DNA of 31,774 nucleotides, taken from positions 1 through 31,774 of IMG/VR virus record IMGVR_UViG_3300010413_000114. One strand, written 5' to 3'. Of this stretch, positions 1 to 8,382 are shown piece by piece (the first letter of the stretch is position 1; every line of letters begins with the position of its first letter). Made by a program: the position numbers and the translations under genes. The notes beneath the pieces were generated by a model. The model was given only the letters and a program-made list of their open reading frames with translations, did not search any database and was not told where the DNA came from. This DNA comes from a virus (Duplodnaviria > Caudoviricetes).

Positions 1-29
1 CTCTGATATGATGGAACGATCTTACGCAT
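1..29 (-). CDS. 5' start of the next late-operon gene (MRKIVPSYQ...), truncated by the window edge
   Basis: ATG at 29 overlaps the end of the upstream ORF, with GGAG upstream. Only 9 codons are visible. Confidence 0.4.
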
Positions 30-387
30 AGACCATCTTCTCCCACCATGCATATCCGGTCTTCTTGCCAACCTGCAGATCTGCAGATACCCTGCGACTT
101 ATTTCCCTGAAAGTCTCATCCCCTATCCAGCTCCCGATCAGGACCTTCTTCCAACCAGGTTCACGCATGTAGTTTTCCCGGCCAGCATTGTCGGCACAAT
201 ACCATTTAGAGACACCATCTCTGGTATCCCAAATGAAATAATCAGAACCAGACAACGCCACCCATACATGGTCAGGGTCCTCTTGTGCAATGAACTGGAC
301 CCCGGTTACACGAGCTTCAGGTACACCAATGATCCCTTTTCCTGTATGAATTGTGCGATCGTCATAGTAGATGCAATATCTAACCAT
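22..387 (-). CDS. Hypothetical phage protein (~121 aa, MVRYCIYYDD...)
   Basis: ORF track 22..546; start moved to ATG 387, which overlaps the previous gene's end and avoids a long overlap. Confidence 0.7.
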   Translation of the reverse strand: MVRYCIYYDDRTIHTGKGIIGVPEARVTGVQFIAQEDPDHVWVALSGSDYFIWDTRDGVSKWYCADNAGRENYMREPGWKKVLIGSWIGDETFREISRRVSADLQVGKKTGYAWWEKMVYA

Positions 388-868
388 TGCGCCTGAACAG
401 TCGATCAAACAAACTACGCTTTTCTTCTTGCGTAGGTGGTGGTCCGAATCCATGGGCCTGGTATGCAATATGGTTTTGCTTGGCCACATCACTGTACTTG
501 TCTGACAACTCGGGAGGCATCCAAACAGTCTGCCCATACTCGCCAAGCTCTGGGATTACACTGCTCAATCGCACATATAAGGTATATGGATTGGCCCACT
601 TTGAATTCAGGAAGACAGCTTCATTGTTGTGGTCCACCATGATGACGGCCCCGAATCTCTTGATCAAATAACGTTCATTAGGAACATTACGCCTGGTATA
701 TCGATCTAGATTCATTGGGTCCAATTCATCTGGGTAGATCAGTTTCAGGTCCCGGGTGACATCAAGATATTTCCTGATCGCAATCATTGCATCTTGATTG
801 CCTACCTGCCTGGCAACCAGGTACCTTCGCATAAGGCGTACATCATTCTCCACAGGTTTATTGCTCAT
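380..868 (-). CDS. Hypothetical phage protein (~162 aa, MSNKPVEND...)
   Basis: ORF track 380..964; start moved to ATG 868, an ATGA overlap with the stop of the 180-aa gene. Confidence 0.7.
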   Translation of the reverse strand: MSNKPVENDVRLMRRYLVARQVGNQDAMIAIRKYLDVTRDLKLIYPDELDPMNLDRYTRRNVPNERYLIKRFGAVIMVDHNNEAVFLNSKWANPYTLYVRLSSVIPELGEYGQTVWMPPELSDKYSDVAKQNHIAYQAHGFGPPPTQEEKRSLFDRLFRRNG

Positions 869-1407
869 GCTGCCGTATCTCCCTCGATCCGCATGGTTAC
901 AGATTCTGCAGCTGCTGCGCTGGCTGAAGCTGAGATAACCCTGCGTAACCATACGCCCATCCATTCGCCAGTGCCAAGATCACCACCACCATTGGGACAA
1001 GCCTTACCTGTGCCTTTCGAGGTGGCATCTGACCATCCACCCAGCCCGGTGGGTGCGGTGCTCTCGTTGGCTATTGTCTGGATGTAACCATTGGTTTCTG
1101 CACTGGGGGCCTCCACATCGAATGAGATATCGTCTTCGCCATTCCCGGTATCCACCTGGATCCAGACCACCGCATCCTGCAGGTCCAGTGATCCATGTGT
1201 GTTGACAATAGCGAAAGCTCTGTACTCGGTATCACCCGAGGAGGCCTCATCTCCAGACACATCATCAAACAAGTTGTTGTCTGAAGAGCTGGTGATCTCG
1301 GTCGATGAATAGTAATTACCCAGACTCGCATCCGGATCTGATTGTGCTCCCTGGTGGGATGATGCACCTGTTAGATAGAACTTAATATCTGCTGCTGTTA
1401 TAGCCAT
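865..1407 (-). CDS. Putative virion structural protein (acidic, S/T/G/A-rich)
   Basis: GGAGG RBS. The motif NNLFDDVSGxE...TEYR...VWLRR recalls a conserved phage morphogenesis-region family. Lies in the late operon. Confidence 0.6.
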   Translation of the reverse strand: MAITAADIKFYLTGASSHQGAQSDPDASLGNYYSSTEITSSSDNNLFDDVSGDEASSGDTEYRAFAIVNTHGSLDLQDAVVWIQVDTGNGEDDISFDVEAPSAETNGYIQTIANESTAPTGLGGWSDATSKGTGKACPNGGGDLGTGEWMGVWLRRVISASASAAAAESVTMRIEGDTAA

Positions 1408-1410
1408 TTA

Positions 1411-1596
1411 TTACCTCCGTTTTGCTTTACCCTTCACTCGTTTGAGTCTAGGGTTCTTACGTTTTGCTTTGGCTGATGCACGCCTGGTCGCACCTGCCAG
1501 AATAGCATTGGCACGTTCTTTCGATACTCCTTGTTTCTTGGCTATTTGTGCTGCTGCAGCTTTGAAACCAGGATGTGGGTTGAGTTTCTTAGCCAT
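1411..1596 (-). CDS. Small very basic phage protein (61 aa, MAKKLNPHPGFK...)
   Basis: TAATG coupling at 1596; K/R/A-rich; HPGFK...NPRLKRVKG pattern recalled from phage late regions. Confidence 0.75.
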   Translation of the reverse strand: MAKKLNPHPGFKAAAAQIAKKQGVSKERANAILAGATRRASAKAKRKNPRLKRVKGKAKRR

Positions 1597-1901
1597 TATC
1601 CTTCTCCCCATTGATATTGTAGATCGCACGTTGCCGACTCTTCGATAACCTTGATGACCGTTGATAGACCCAATGGTATCAATAGTGGAGGATCTCCAGC
1701 TGCCAGCTGGAAACCTGTGGCCGTTGTTGGCGTAGTGCCATCTAGTGTAAATCTGCAGGCCGTGTCCAGTGCTTGGATAAGGATCTTTGTAGCACCATCG
1801 GGTGGGGTCAGTGTCACAGCACTGGAAATATCTAGGCCATCACTGTGTGCGCCTACCGGATTAAATTCTAGGGTGTCTCGGGGATCTCCCTTTTGGACCA
1901 T
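1596..1901 (-). CDS. Small beta-rich putative virion protein
   Basis: GGAGG RBS; RFTLDGTTPTxxxGxxL motif; late operon context. Confidence 0.65.
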   Translation of the reverse strand: MVQKGDPRDTLEFNPVGAHSDGLDISSAVTLTPPDGATKILIQALDTACRFTLDGTTPTTATGFQLAAGDPPLLIPLGLSTVIKVIEESATCDLQYQWGEG

Positions 1902-1904
1902 AGA

Positions 1905-2402
1905 TTATCCTCCCATATAACCAGGCCTGATCAGATCTGTGTCTGCCAGTTCATCTTCTTTCTTGGCCTTGGCTATTGCATATTCTTGTGCTCGTGCATT
2001 GATGTCTGCTTGCAGCTGCGCTTCATCTTCTATACCATAGTATCGAACCTGGTAACCAAAATCATTCTTGAATGCCATAGCTGCTTTCTGGGATGAGGGG
2101 ATCTTCTCCCGTTCCCGGATCTCTTTACGCTCTGCAGCTGAATATCTTTCCATCTCTGAGTCTTTCAATGGCGCCAGGTTGAATGCTGGGATAACCTTCA
2201 CCATGGGAATAAACGCCATGCCCTGAAAGAAACGAATACCATACATGGTCCCTTCATAAGTGACCTCGGGGGTAGTTACTAGCCAACCTTCTTTCTTGGC
2301 AACCTCAGCACGCAGTGCTTCTGTATTTTCTGCAAGCCTACCTTTAGCTTCTTGCAGCTCCTTGATCAGGTCAGCTTTAGTCATCGAATCATAATTTGTC
2401 AT
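1905..2402 (-). CDS. Hypothetical phage protein (165 aa)
   Basis: AGGAG RBS; tightly packed ORF; N-terminal YDSMTKADLIKEL helix followed by a coiled coil. Confidence 0.75.
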   Translation of the reverse strand: MTNYDSMTKADLIKELQEAKGRLAENTEALRAEVAKKEGWLVTTPEVTYEGTMYGIRFFQGMAFIPMVKVIPAFNLAPLKDSEMERYSAAERKEIREREKIPSSQKAAMAFKNDFGYQVRYYGIEDEAQLQADINARAQEYAIAKAKKEDELADTDLIRPGYMGG

Positions 2403-2404
2403 TT

Positions 2405-2680
2405 CTATCTCCTATTAAAATCTTTTGCTGGTATTGGTGATACTGGTCGATTAGCCACCTGGATTCGAGGCTTGCCAGTTCGCCATCTGCGATAATTATC
2501 ATCCATCCAATCAGTAGCGATATCGAATGGGTTGAAACCAAATCTAAACTTCTGAGGTACCCGGTTCATTTTCTGGCCACACACCGGGCATGCTACCTCT
2601 GGGTTGTCATCAAAGCTCAGTGTTATCTCAAGCTTCGGGTGTTTGGGATCCTTACATCCATATACATATGTCGGCATCAT
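2405..2680 (-). CDS. FmdB-family zinc-ribbon protein
   Basis: MPTYxYxC...CPVCG..MNR pattern. The first knuckle is C-x4-H rather than CxxC. AGGAGG RBS; start could be 2677. Confidence 0.8.
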   Translation of the reverse strand: MMPTYVYGCKDPKHPKLEITLSFDDNPEVACPVCGQKMNRVPQKFRFGFNPFDIATDWMDDNYRRWRTGKPRIQVANRPVSPIPAKDFNRR

Positions 2681-4242
2681 TCTCCTCCTGTGATCTTTTC
2701 GTACAAACCAAACAGGTGCTTATGCTGCACATTAATATAATGGCCATCAAGCTTTATCCGGACCAGGTCATCACCCATCGGACGGATCTGTACTTCCTTC
2801 TCCTGGTGCAGAACAATAGCATCCTGAGCTTCTTGCATATTACCGCCGATATCGCCCAGCTCCAGGCCATCTTCCCTGGCACAGTAAAGGCCCAGCGTGG
2901 TGGGAATATGGAAGTAGTTGTCTCGATCCGCACATCTCAACCAGAATTCATAATCCCCTGCAGATTTCCAGTGGTCCATAAAATATCCATGACGCTGGTG
3001 CAGGTTCGCACGCCACATCGGGTGAGGCCCAATGAAACAACCATCAACCAGTTTATCTCGTTCATAGTCTGGCCAATTGAATATGCCAGGTTGATATAAC
3101 GCCCGGCCAACAATCAATGGTTTATTAAAGTTTTCCTTTACAAATTCCTCGAAGAGCTGGTTAGGTTTCCAGGTGATGAAGCTGTCATGATAGACCAGGT
3201 CCAGATCTGGCCGGGCATCCAATACACTGGACATTAGTTCATAAGCATATGGATGATGTCTATCATCCGTGTTCGCATTTGTAATATATTTCCCGGATGC
3301 AGATCTAATAGCCTGGTTCCAGGCAGCATAGACCGTGGGAATATCGGTGGTTTGGATCAACCTCACATCACAGGGATAATCCTCGTCAGCAACTACTTCC
3401 ATGGCCAGGTCAATTTCTTTACTATCTTGCTGGGCAATCAACACGATCTCCAGCTCAGTTGCTATCGTCTGCCTGGCCAGGTCAAACATACACCCCTGGA
3501 TAAAATCTTCTGCATGATAGGCTGAGACAATTGCTGACACCTTATTGTCTAGAACTGAATTCATATAATTGAGTGGCTCGATTGGGAATACTGGGCATTT
3601 GGTCCTGCTGCTGCAATTAGTGATTGATCGTCCGTTTTTCTCGAATGCTGCTTTGGCCAGGCTATATGCCAACTCGGATTTGCTTAGATCAGGTGTATGC
3701 CAACGCACACCACCACTGAAGTAGTTTTCGTCAAAGTGATATCGATCTGGACCATTAGCCACAATCGACAGGTTGGGTGCAATTTGCTCACCGTAGTCAT
3801 GATCTAATCCAACCAGGTAGACCCTCTTGAAACCCATATAGTATGCCAGCTGCAGACATACATAAGTTACCGTATGACCTTCCCATATTGGTCCTTCTGG
3901 ACTGGCAAAAATTGCAGAGTTTAGAGTAGTATCTAGTAGGATCACATCCTCGTCTTTATCCGAGAACCTCTCCTCGGTGAAGGGAGTCCTGGCCAGGAAT
4001 TTTATTGTAGGGATCCTCATGATCTCATCGATAAACTGTTCGATCACCAATGGATTAACGGCCACATAAAAGTCTGGAGTGTAATCCTTCAAGTAAATAC
4101 GATTGGTGCCAAATGTCGGACAATCAAAGTTTGGCAACCAAACATCGTTCAAGCTTGGCCCATTGCCCATGATCACGCATTCTGGATTACCAGTGCGTGC
4201 ATCACTGCGTGCAGATATGTTTGCATAATCTTCTATTCTCAT
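2677..4242 (-). CDS. Two-domain glycosyltransferase: N-terminal DUF115/Maf (CstII/GT42-like) domain fused to a GT2 domain
   Basis: N-half: CVIMGNGPSLN, FGTNRIY, PDFYVAVN, LQLAYYMGFKRVYLVGLDH. C-half: VSAIVSAY, AAWNQAIRSASGKYITNANTDD, AGDYEFWLR. Confidence 0.85.
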   Translation of the reverse strand: MRIEDYANISARSDARTGNPECVIMGNGPSLNDVWLPNFDCPTFGTNRIYLKDYTPDFYVAVNPLVIEQFIDEIMRIPTIKFLARTPFTEERFSDKDEDVILLDTTLNSAIFASPEGPIWEGHTVTYVCLQLAYYMGFKRVYLVGLDHDYGEQIAPNLSIVANGPDRYHFDENYFSGGVRWHTPDLSKSELAYSLAKAAFEKNGRSITNCSSRTKCPVFPIEPLNYMNSVLDNKVSAIVSAYHAEDFIQGCMFDLARQTIATELEIVLIAQQDSKEIDLAMEVVADEDYPCDVRLIQTTDIPTVYAAWNQAIRSASGKYITNANTDDRHHPYAYELMSSVLDARPDLDLVYHDSFITWKPNQLFEEFVKENFNKPLIVGRALYQPGIFNWPDYERDKLVDGCFIGPHPMWRANLHQRHGYFMDHWKSAGDYEFWLRCADRDNYFHIPTTLGLYCAREDGLELGDIGGNMQEAQDAIVLHQEKEVQIRPMGDDLVRIKLDGHYINVQHKHLFGLYEKITGGE

Positions 4243-5279
4243 CTCATTTCCTCTATTGTTGTGCGTAATTCTCCTAGATCAACTTCCATATTTTTACCTA
4301 CCGGGGTACAGCAAATCCCCCGGTAGTCGGCCCCGATTGCCATGGCCATGGTCATGATACATGGGTTTGCATAGTCAGGTGTGTACAATTCTATGATCTT
4401 TGGGTCCCATGAAAATACAGAATTGACCAGGCCAGATCCGTGTGGGCCTATAATAAAATCGGCATTAACGAATGCATTGACCTGGTCAATCCATGGCATC
4501 GTTTCGGGTTGAATGCGTTCTATTTCTACGGGCCACACCTCCTTCCATATCCGGGATTCGTTTACGATATGTCTTCCCTGTGCCAGTTCCCGAGATATAA
4601 AATAATTCTTTGGTAGTGTTAGTAATAATGCCTGTTCCCAAACTGTACGCCTTAACCAATCTAATGCTGTAGGATCTGTTCGGCCATTAGATCTGCGGAT
4701 CGTAGGCAGGACCAGGTTCTTAGCCCCTATGTGCATGGATGTGGTGGGGAGATGGCGTAATGATATGATGGATCTCTCGGCTCCTAACAGGAATCGTAGA
4801 CTATCGTACTGCCATTGTGGTGGGTTCTCCTCGAGTAAGATTACAACCTTCTGGTTGGTCATAGCTTCATAATGTAAAATGCCTTCGAGCTTCGGCAACC
4901 ATTCTATAATCCAATGGAAGTAATTACCGGACCACACCCCCACCATCGGGAATAACGGATCTTCGATTACATACCCAGGCTTGGCCATTGATTTGAGGGC
5001 CAGCATGTAATAGGGTTTGTTTCGGTCCAGGACATCTAGCCTGTTAGCATATGCTGTATCAAGTATCACATCCCCATCTTTGAAACCAACCATTGCTGGT
5101 CCACATAGATCTACGTCATGGATCTCATGGACCAGGAACCTATCGAATACATGTAGTCCTGATTTCTCCTGGAATTCAGCTGGCCAATTATCCTGGCTAT
5201 CTATTCTTAAGGCACATGGATAATTGTCCACGAACCAGGTGGCATGTGCTATTTTATGTATCGTGTTATTTGATATCAT
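4239..5279 (-). CDS. Glycosyltransferase family 61 (DUF563-like)
   Basis: NYFHWIIEWLPKL, YFISR...RHIVNE, QVNAF..ADFIIGPHGSGLVNSVF: hallmark GT61 motifs. Confidence 0.88.
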   Translation of the reverse strand: MISNNTIHKIAHATWFVDNYPCALRIDSQDNWPAEFQEKSGLHVFDRFLVHEIHDVDLCGPAMVGFKDGDVILDTAYANRLDVLDRNKPYYMLALKSMAKPGYVIEDPLFPMVGVWSGNYFHWIIEWLPKLEGILHYEAMTNQKVVILLEENPPQWQYDSLRFLLGAERSIISLRHLPTTSMHIGAKNLVLPTIRRSNGRTDPTALDWLRRTVWEQALLLTLPKNYFISRELAQGRHIVNESRIWKEVWPVEIERIQPETMPWIDQVNAFVNADFIIGPHGSGLVNSVFSWDPKIIELYTPDYANPCIMTMAMAIGADYRGICCTPVGKNMEVDLGELRTTIEEMR

Positions 5280-6039
5280 CGACTTCCACTATCCATCTGG
5301 ATTGATCATCTACGATGTAATCCTGCTGAACATACTTGATCCATGCCATTAATTCTACCAGGCCAAAGTCTTTATCTTCACCTATTAAATGCCCGGTGTG
5401 AATTGATATATCAGTATAAATTGGATATCCAGCTTTGCGGATCTTCTGGGATAGATAAAAGTCTTCACCAGCTCCATTGTTTCCCTCCATCACGCACCAT
5501 GGTTTGCTAATGTCTTCAAGTACATCTCGCCTGATCATTGTGAAATGTAGACCCACTCCATCTCGTGGGACCAGGTCGTCCTTCTCCTGGGGAAGGCACA
5601 TCGCATTGCTGCTTGCACTCTCATCAATACCATACTTCTTTGCTTTCTCGATGATCAGTTTGGCGATATCGGCAAATGCATAGATATGTTTACCTTCTTT
5701 GGTAGGACCTAAGTATCTGCCCATGGTGGGTGTCGGTGGTAATGACCTGGTGTACATGCATGCTGATACAACTGGTAGATCATGCAGCATCAATCGTTTG
5801 ATGGCCTCCCCGGACCACACCGCATCGTTATCAATGAACAATAAGAACCGTGGTTTTTCAGGATTGTCTATAAAATTCTGGATCAGATGATTGCGTGCAA
5901 CATCAACCCCCATGCCGTACAGTCTATTAAAATAAATGGGTGCAGGTTTCCATGAGTATAGAAGCGAGTCCACAAATGCGCCCATAAAAGGTTTCGTATA
6001 TGGGACACATACCTGCACACCAGATGTCAATACATCCAT
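5266..6039 (-). CDS. GT-A fold (GT2-like) phage glycosyltransferase
   Basis: VDVARNHLI, LLFIDND (DxD), GLHFTMIRRDVLE, GEDFYLS, TGH. Start moved from GTG 6072 (inside a hairpin) to ATG 6039. Confidence 0.85.
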   Translation of the reverse strand: MDVLTSGVQVCVPYTKPFMGAFVDSLLYSWKPAPIYFNRLYGMGVDVARNHLIQNFIDNPEKPRFLLFIDNDAVWSGEAIKRLMLHDLPVVSACMYTRSLPPTPTMGRYLGPTKEGKHIYAFADIAKLIIEKAKKYGIDESASSNAMCLPQEKDDLVPRDGVGLHFTMIRRDVLEDISKPWCVMEGNNGAGEDFYLSQKIRKAGYPIYTDISIHTGHLIGEDKDFGLVELMAWIKYVQQDYIVDDQSRWIVEVDDIK

Positions 6040-6051
6040 AATTGCAGGGTG

Positions 6052-6078
6052 GGGCAGGTGCCTGGGTGACACCTGCCC
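6052..6078 (-). other. GC-rich stem-loop between the cement gene and the glycosyltransferase cassette
   Basis: GGGCAGGTG-N9-CACCTGCCC perfect 9-bp inverted repeat. No U-tract follows on the coding strand, so it is not a classical intrinsic terminator. Confidence 0.6.
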
Positions 6079-6111
6079 GTGGTAAGGAGAATGAGAATGA
6101 GTGGGCCTGGC

Positions 6112-6501
6112 TTACTCGAACGAGACTGCCCTGGTCCAATCATAACCAACATTCAGAACAATCCCGGCCTTAGCAGCACCGAAGTTCGCAGTACCATTGA
6201 TCACTAATTCTGTTTTGACGTATTTCTTGTCAGAGACAAAAGCTACCACGAATTCTTTACCACCCGAGGCCCAGGACTGTGCGCCACCAGGATAGCTTGC
6301 AGCTAACACATAGGTGGAGTCATCGTCAGAAACCCAAACACGAGGTAGTACATCTGTGGTGGTCCCAACAGTAGACGGCAACACAAAGTATGCTGCCATG
6401 CCGTGAATGGGAGTACCACGGATCTCTACACCGGAAGAGCTTTCGGACTGTGTCAGGTCGCCCGTAGTACGGGTCATCAAGTTAGCATCAAATGTAGGCA
6501 T
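6112..6501 (-). CDS. Capsid cement/decoration protein (Bbp16-like)
   Basis: Lies directly after the major capsid gene; 129 aa, beta-rich; FDANL...VSDDDSTY...KKYVK pattern resembles Bbp16-type cement proteins; AAGGAG RBS. Confidence 0.6.
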   Translation of the reverse strand: MPTFDANLMTRTTGDLTQSESSSGVEIRGTPIHGMAAYFVLPSTVGTTTDVLPRVWVSDDDSTYVLAASYPGGAQSWASGGKEFVVAFVSDKKYVKTELVINGTANFGAAKAGIVLNVGYDWTRAVSFE

Positions 6502-6512
6502 AATTGATCTCC

Positions 6513-7511
6513 TTATGCAGTCCAGTTGGATGGATCTTCAACGTTCTGGCCTCGTGCAATACCATAGCTACCGAAACCAGCAAGGCCTACCCACCAATCA
6601 ATACGTACTAGCTTGGTTGGGGTAGATTCCTGCTCACCACCACCGAGCGGATCGTAGACTGCCATTGGCTCAAGCTGGATACCAGTGACACCCTGCATCT
6701 CATTAAACGCAATTGCATAGATGGAGGTGGCATCGGTACCAGCATCACCAGCAACTTCGGTCCCGGTGATGATCTCGGTGCTCTGATCTTTCTTAAGCCC
6801 GATATCGATGATGGGGGATCCATACATGGTTGGGATGCTACGATCAAAGCTATCCTTGGTAACATCAAGAACATTGCCACCACCGGATTGAATGTAGCGT
6901 GCAACACGGCCAATACCCCATACCATGCCTTCATTGCAGATAAAAGCATTATGCTGGCCACGATTGGTTTTGTAATGCAGTTCTTCGAATTTCGTGTAGA
7001 AGGTATTACCAGATGCCACCGAGGAAGTAGGATCAAGTGCAGCTGAAGAGGCACCAGCAAAGTAAATGGTTTGCCTGGACGGCATACCACTGATACGTTT
7101 CTTCAGGCCCTCGAATCCTTTGTAATCGGTCGCATGGTCACCATTGATGAAGTAATCGTTGAACTTACAAGCCATGGCCATCAGCTTCATATCTGTGTGG
7201 GTCTTCTTTAGATCAACGATAGTATCCTTGACCAAATCAAAAACCCGGTCATATTTGATCTCGCCACCAAAACCATAAACAGATTCCCACACCTGCTCCA
7301 GGTCGCCCTCGGAGGGTGTATAGCCTTCATTGATTGTACGGAATGCTACATCGGGAAGAGTCTGCCAGCGTACTGCCACAGACCGAAGGGAGCTTACGTT
7401 TTGGAATGGCAAGACCTCAGCGATTTTCACTTCTCGCAGCAAGTTGGTGATCACATATTTCTTTAGTGGATCAGTCTCAACTTTTGCAAGATGTGCAAGA
7501 GTTAATGCCAT
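6513..7511 (-). CDS. Major capsid protein (epsilon15 gp7/BPP-1-like)
   Basis: MALTL...VLPF...LPDVAFRTINEGYTPS...FINGD...FEGLKKR motifs; follows the scaffold gene; AGGAG RBS. Confidence 0.85.
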   Translation of the reverse strand: MALTLAHLAKVETDPLKKYVITNLLREVKIAEVLPFQNVSSLRSVAVRWQTLPDVAFRTINEGYTPSEGDLEQVWESVYGFGGEIKYDRVFDLVKDTIVDLKKTHTDMKLMAMACKFNDYFINGDHATDYKGFEGLKKRISGMPSRQTIYFAGASSAALDPTSSVASGNTFYTKFEELHYKTNRGQHNAFICNEGMVWGIGRVARYIQSGGGNVLDVTKDSFDRSIPTMYGSPIIDIGLKKDQSTEIITGTEVAGDAGTDATSIYAIAFNEMQGVTGIQLEPMAVYDPLGGGEQESTPTKLVRIDWWVGLAGFGSYGIARGQNVEDPSNWTA

Positions 7512-7526
7512 AATGGTTCTCCTGAA

Positions 7527-8264
7527 TTAAACCCGGCCTCGTTTCTTGGCTAGATCCCATAACGAGTCAGGGTCCATAGTTGAGTGTACAGGATCACCTG
7601 CTGGAGCACCTGGACCACCAGACCCAGTAGGCATCCTACCAGGACCTGGTTCTTCCGGTGGTGCAGTTTCAGGAAGATCCTTGCCAGTATTTTCTAGTCG
7701 AGCTTTCTTAGCTTGGATTGCTTTCTCAATTGCCTGAAAATACTGCCGGGGTGTCTGGGCCTTGGCAAGGTATAGCTCTGCCTCTGGATCTTCCTGGCGA
7801 ATGTATACACCAGCTTCTTCCATCATGGCCCATCCATCTGCAGTAACACTATCAACACCCTGGTCCCGGGTGGGAGGCCTTTGGGCAGGAGCTTCTCCCG
7901 GGGTGACAGGTTCTTCATCAGCGTTAGCATAGGCATCAGTGATCACCCTCTGTCGCATTGCTTCTTCCTGTGCAGGGGTGACCTCGATACCAGTAGCTTT
8001 CATTGTTCCAATGCTGGTATTCAGTGCTTTGATTTGTTCGCTGATCTTACGGGTGATAGTGTCAGCTTGTTTGGTATTCAATCCCTGGACCCGGCGGAAA
8101 AGATTTTCCGTGATCTCATCAAGCTGCTCTTGACTAATAGTGACAGGGACTTCCTGCTGCTGGGCAGGTGTCTTCTGTTCAACTTCTGGTTTTTCAGGTT
8201 GAACTTCAGGTGGTTGCCCACCACCCGGATACTCTACGGCAGCATTATCAGTCTGGTTGTTCAT
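7527..8264 (-). CDS. Capsid scaffolding protein
   Basis: Acidic P/E/Q-rich N-terminus, helical core and short C-terminal helix; immediately upstream of the major capsid gene. Confidence 0.7.
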   Translation of the reverse strand: MNNQTDNAAVEYPGGGQPPEVQPEKPEVEQKTPAQQQEVPVTISQEQLDEITENLFRRVQGLNTKQADTITRKISEQIKALNTSIGTMKATGIEVTPAQEEAMRQRVITDAYANADEEPVTPGEAPAQRPPTRDQGVDSVTADGWAMMEEAGVYIRQEDPEAELYLAKAQTPRQYFQAIEKAIQAKKARLENTGKDLPETAPPEEPGPGRMPTGSGGPGAPAGDPVHSTMDPDSLWDLAKKRGRV

Positions 8265-8278
8265 ATTAGTTCCTTTTC

Positions 8279-8352
8279 ATTATACACTATTTGCAATATT
8301 TTTTTCTAAATGTGGCCAACCTGGTCCAACGTTTATTGCATTTGCAATTCTG
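8279..8352 (-). promoter_or_regulatory. Putative late promoter/operator, copy A (scaffold-capsid operon)
   Basis: TATAAT on the minus strand (8279-8284). 8291-8352 matches 26626-26687 without gaps (48/62). Contains the ATTGCA-N2-TGCAAT palindrome (8335-8348). Confidence 0.8.
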
Positions 8353-8382
8353 CTTGCACCGGCAGCTGACGAAATGCAATAA

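Noticed and set aside
6112-7511. Diversity-generating retroelement, suggested by BPP-1-like capsid genes
   Set aside because: No reverse transcriptase and no TR/VR pair in the window. The 62-bp duplicate is intergenic and its differences are not adenine-specific.
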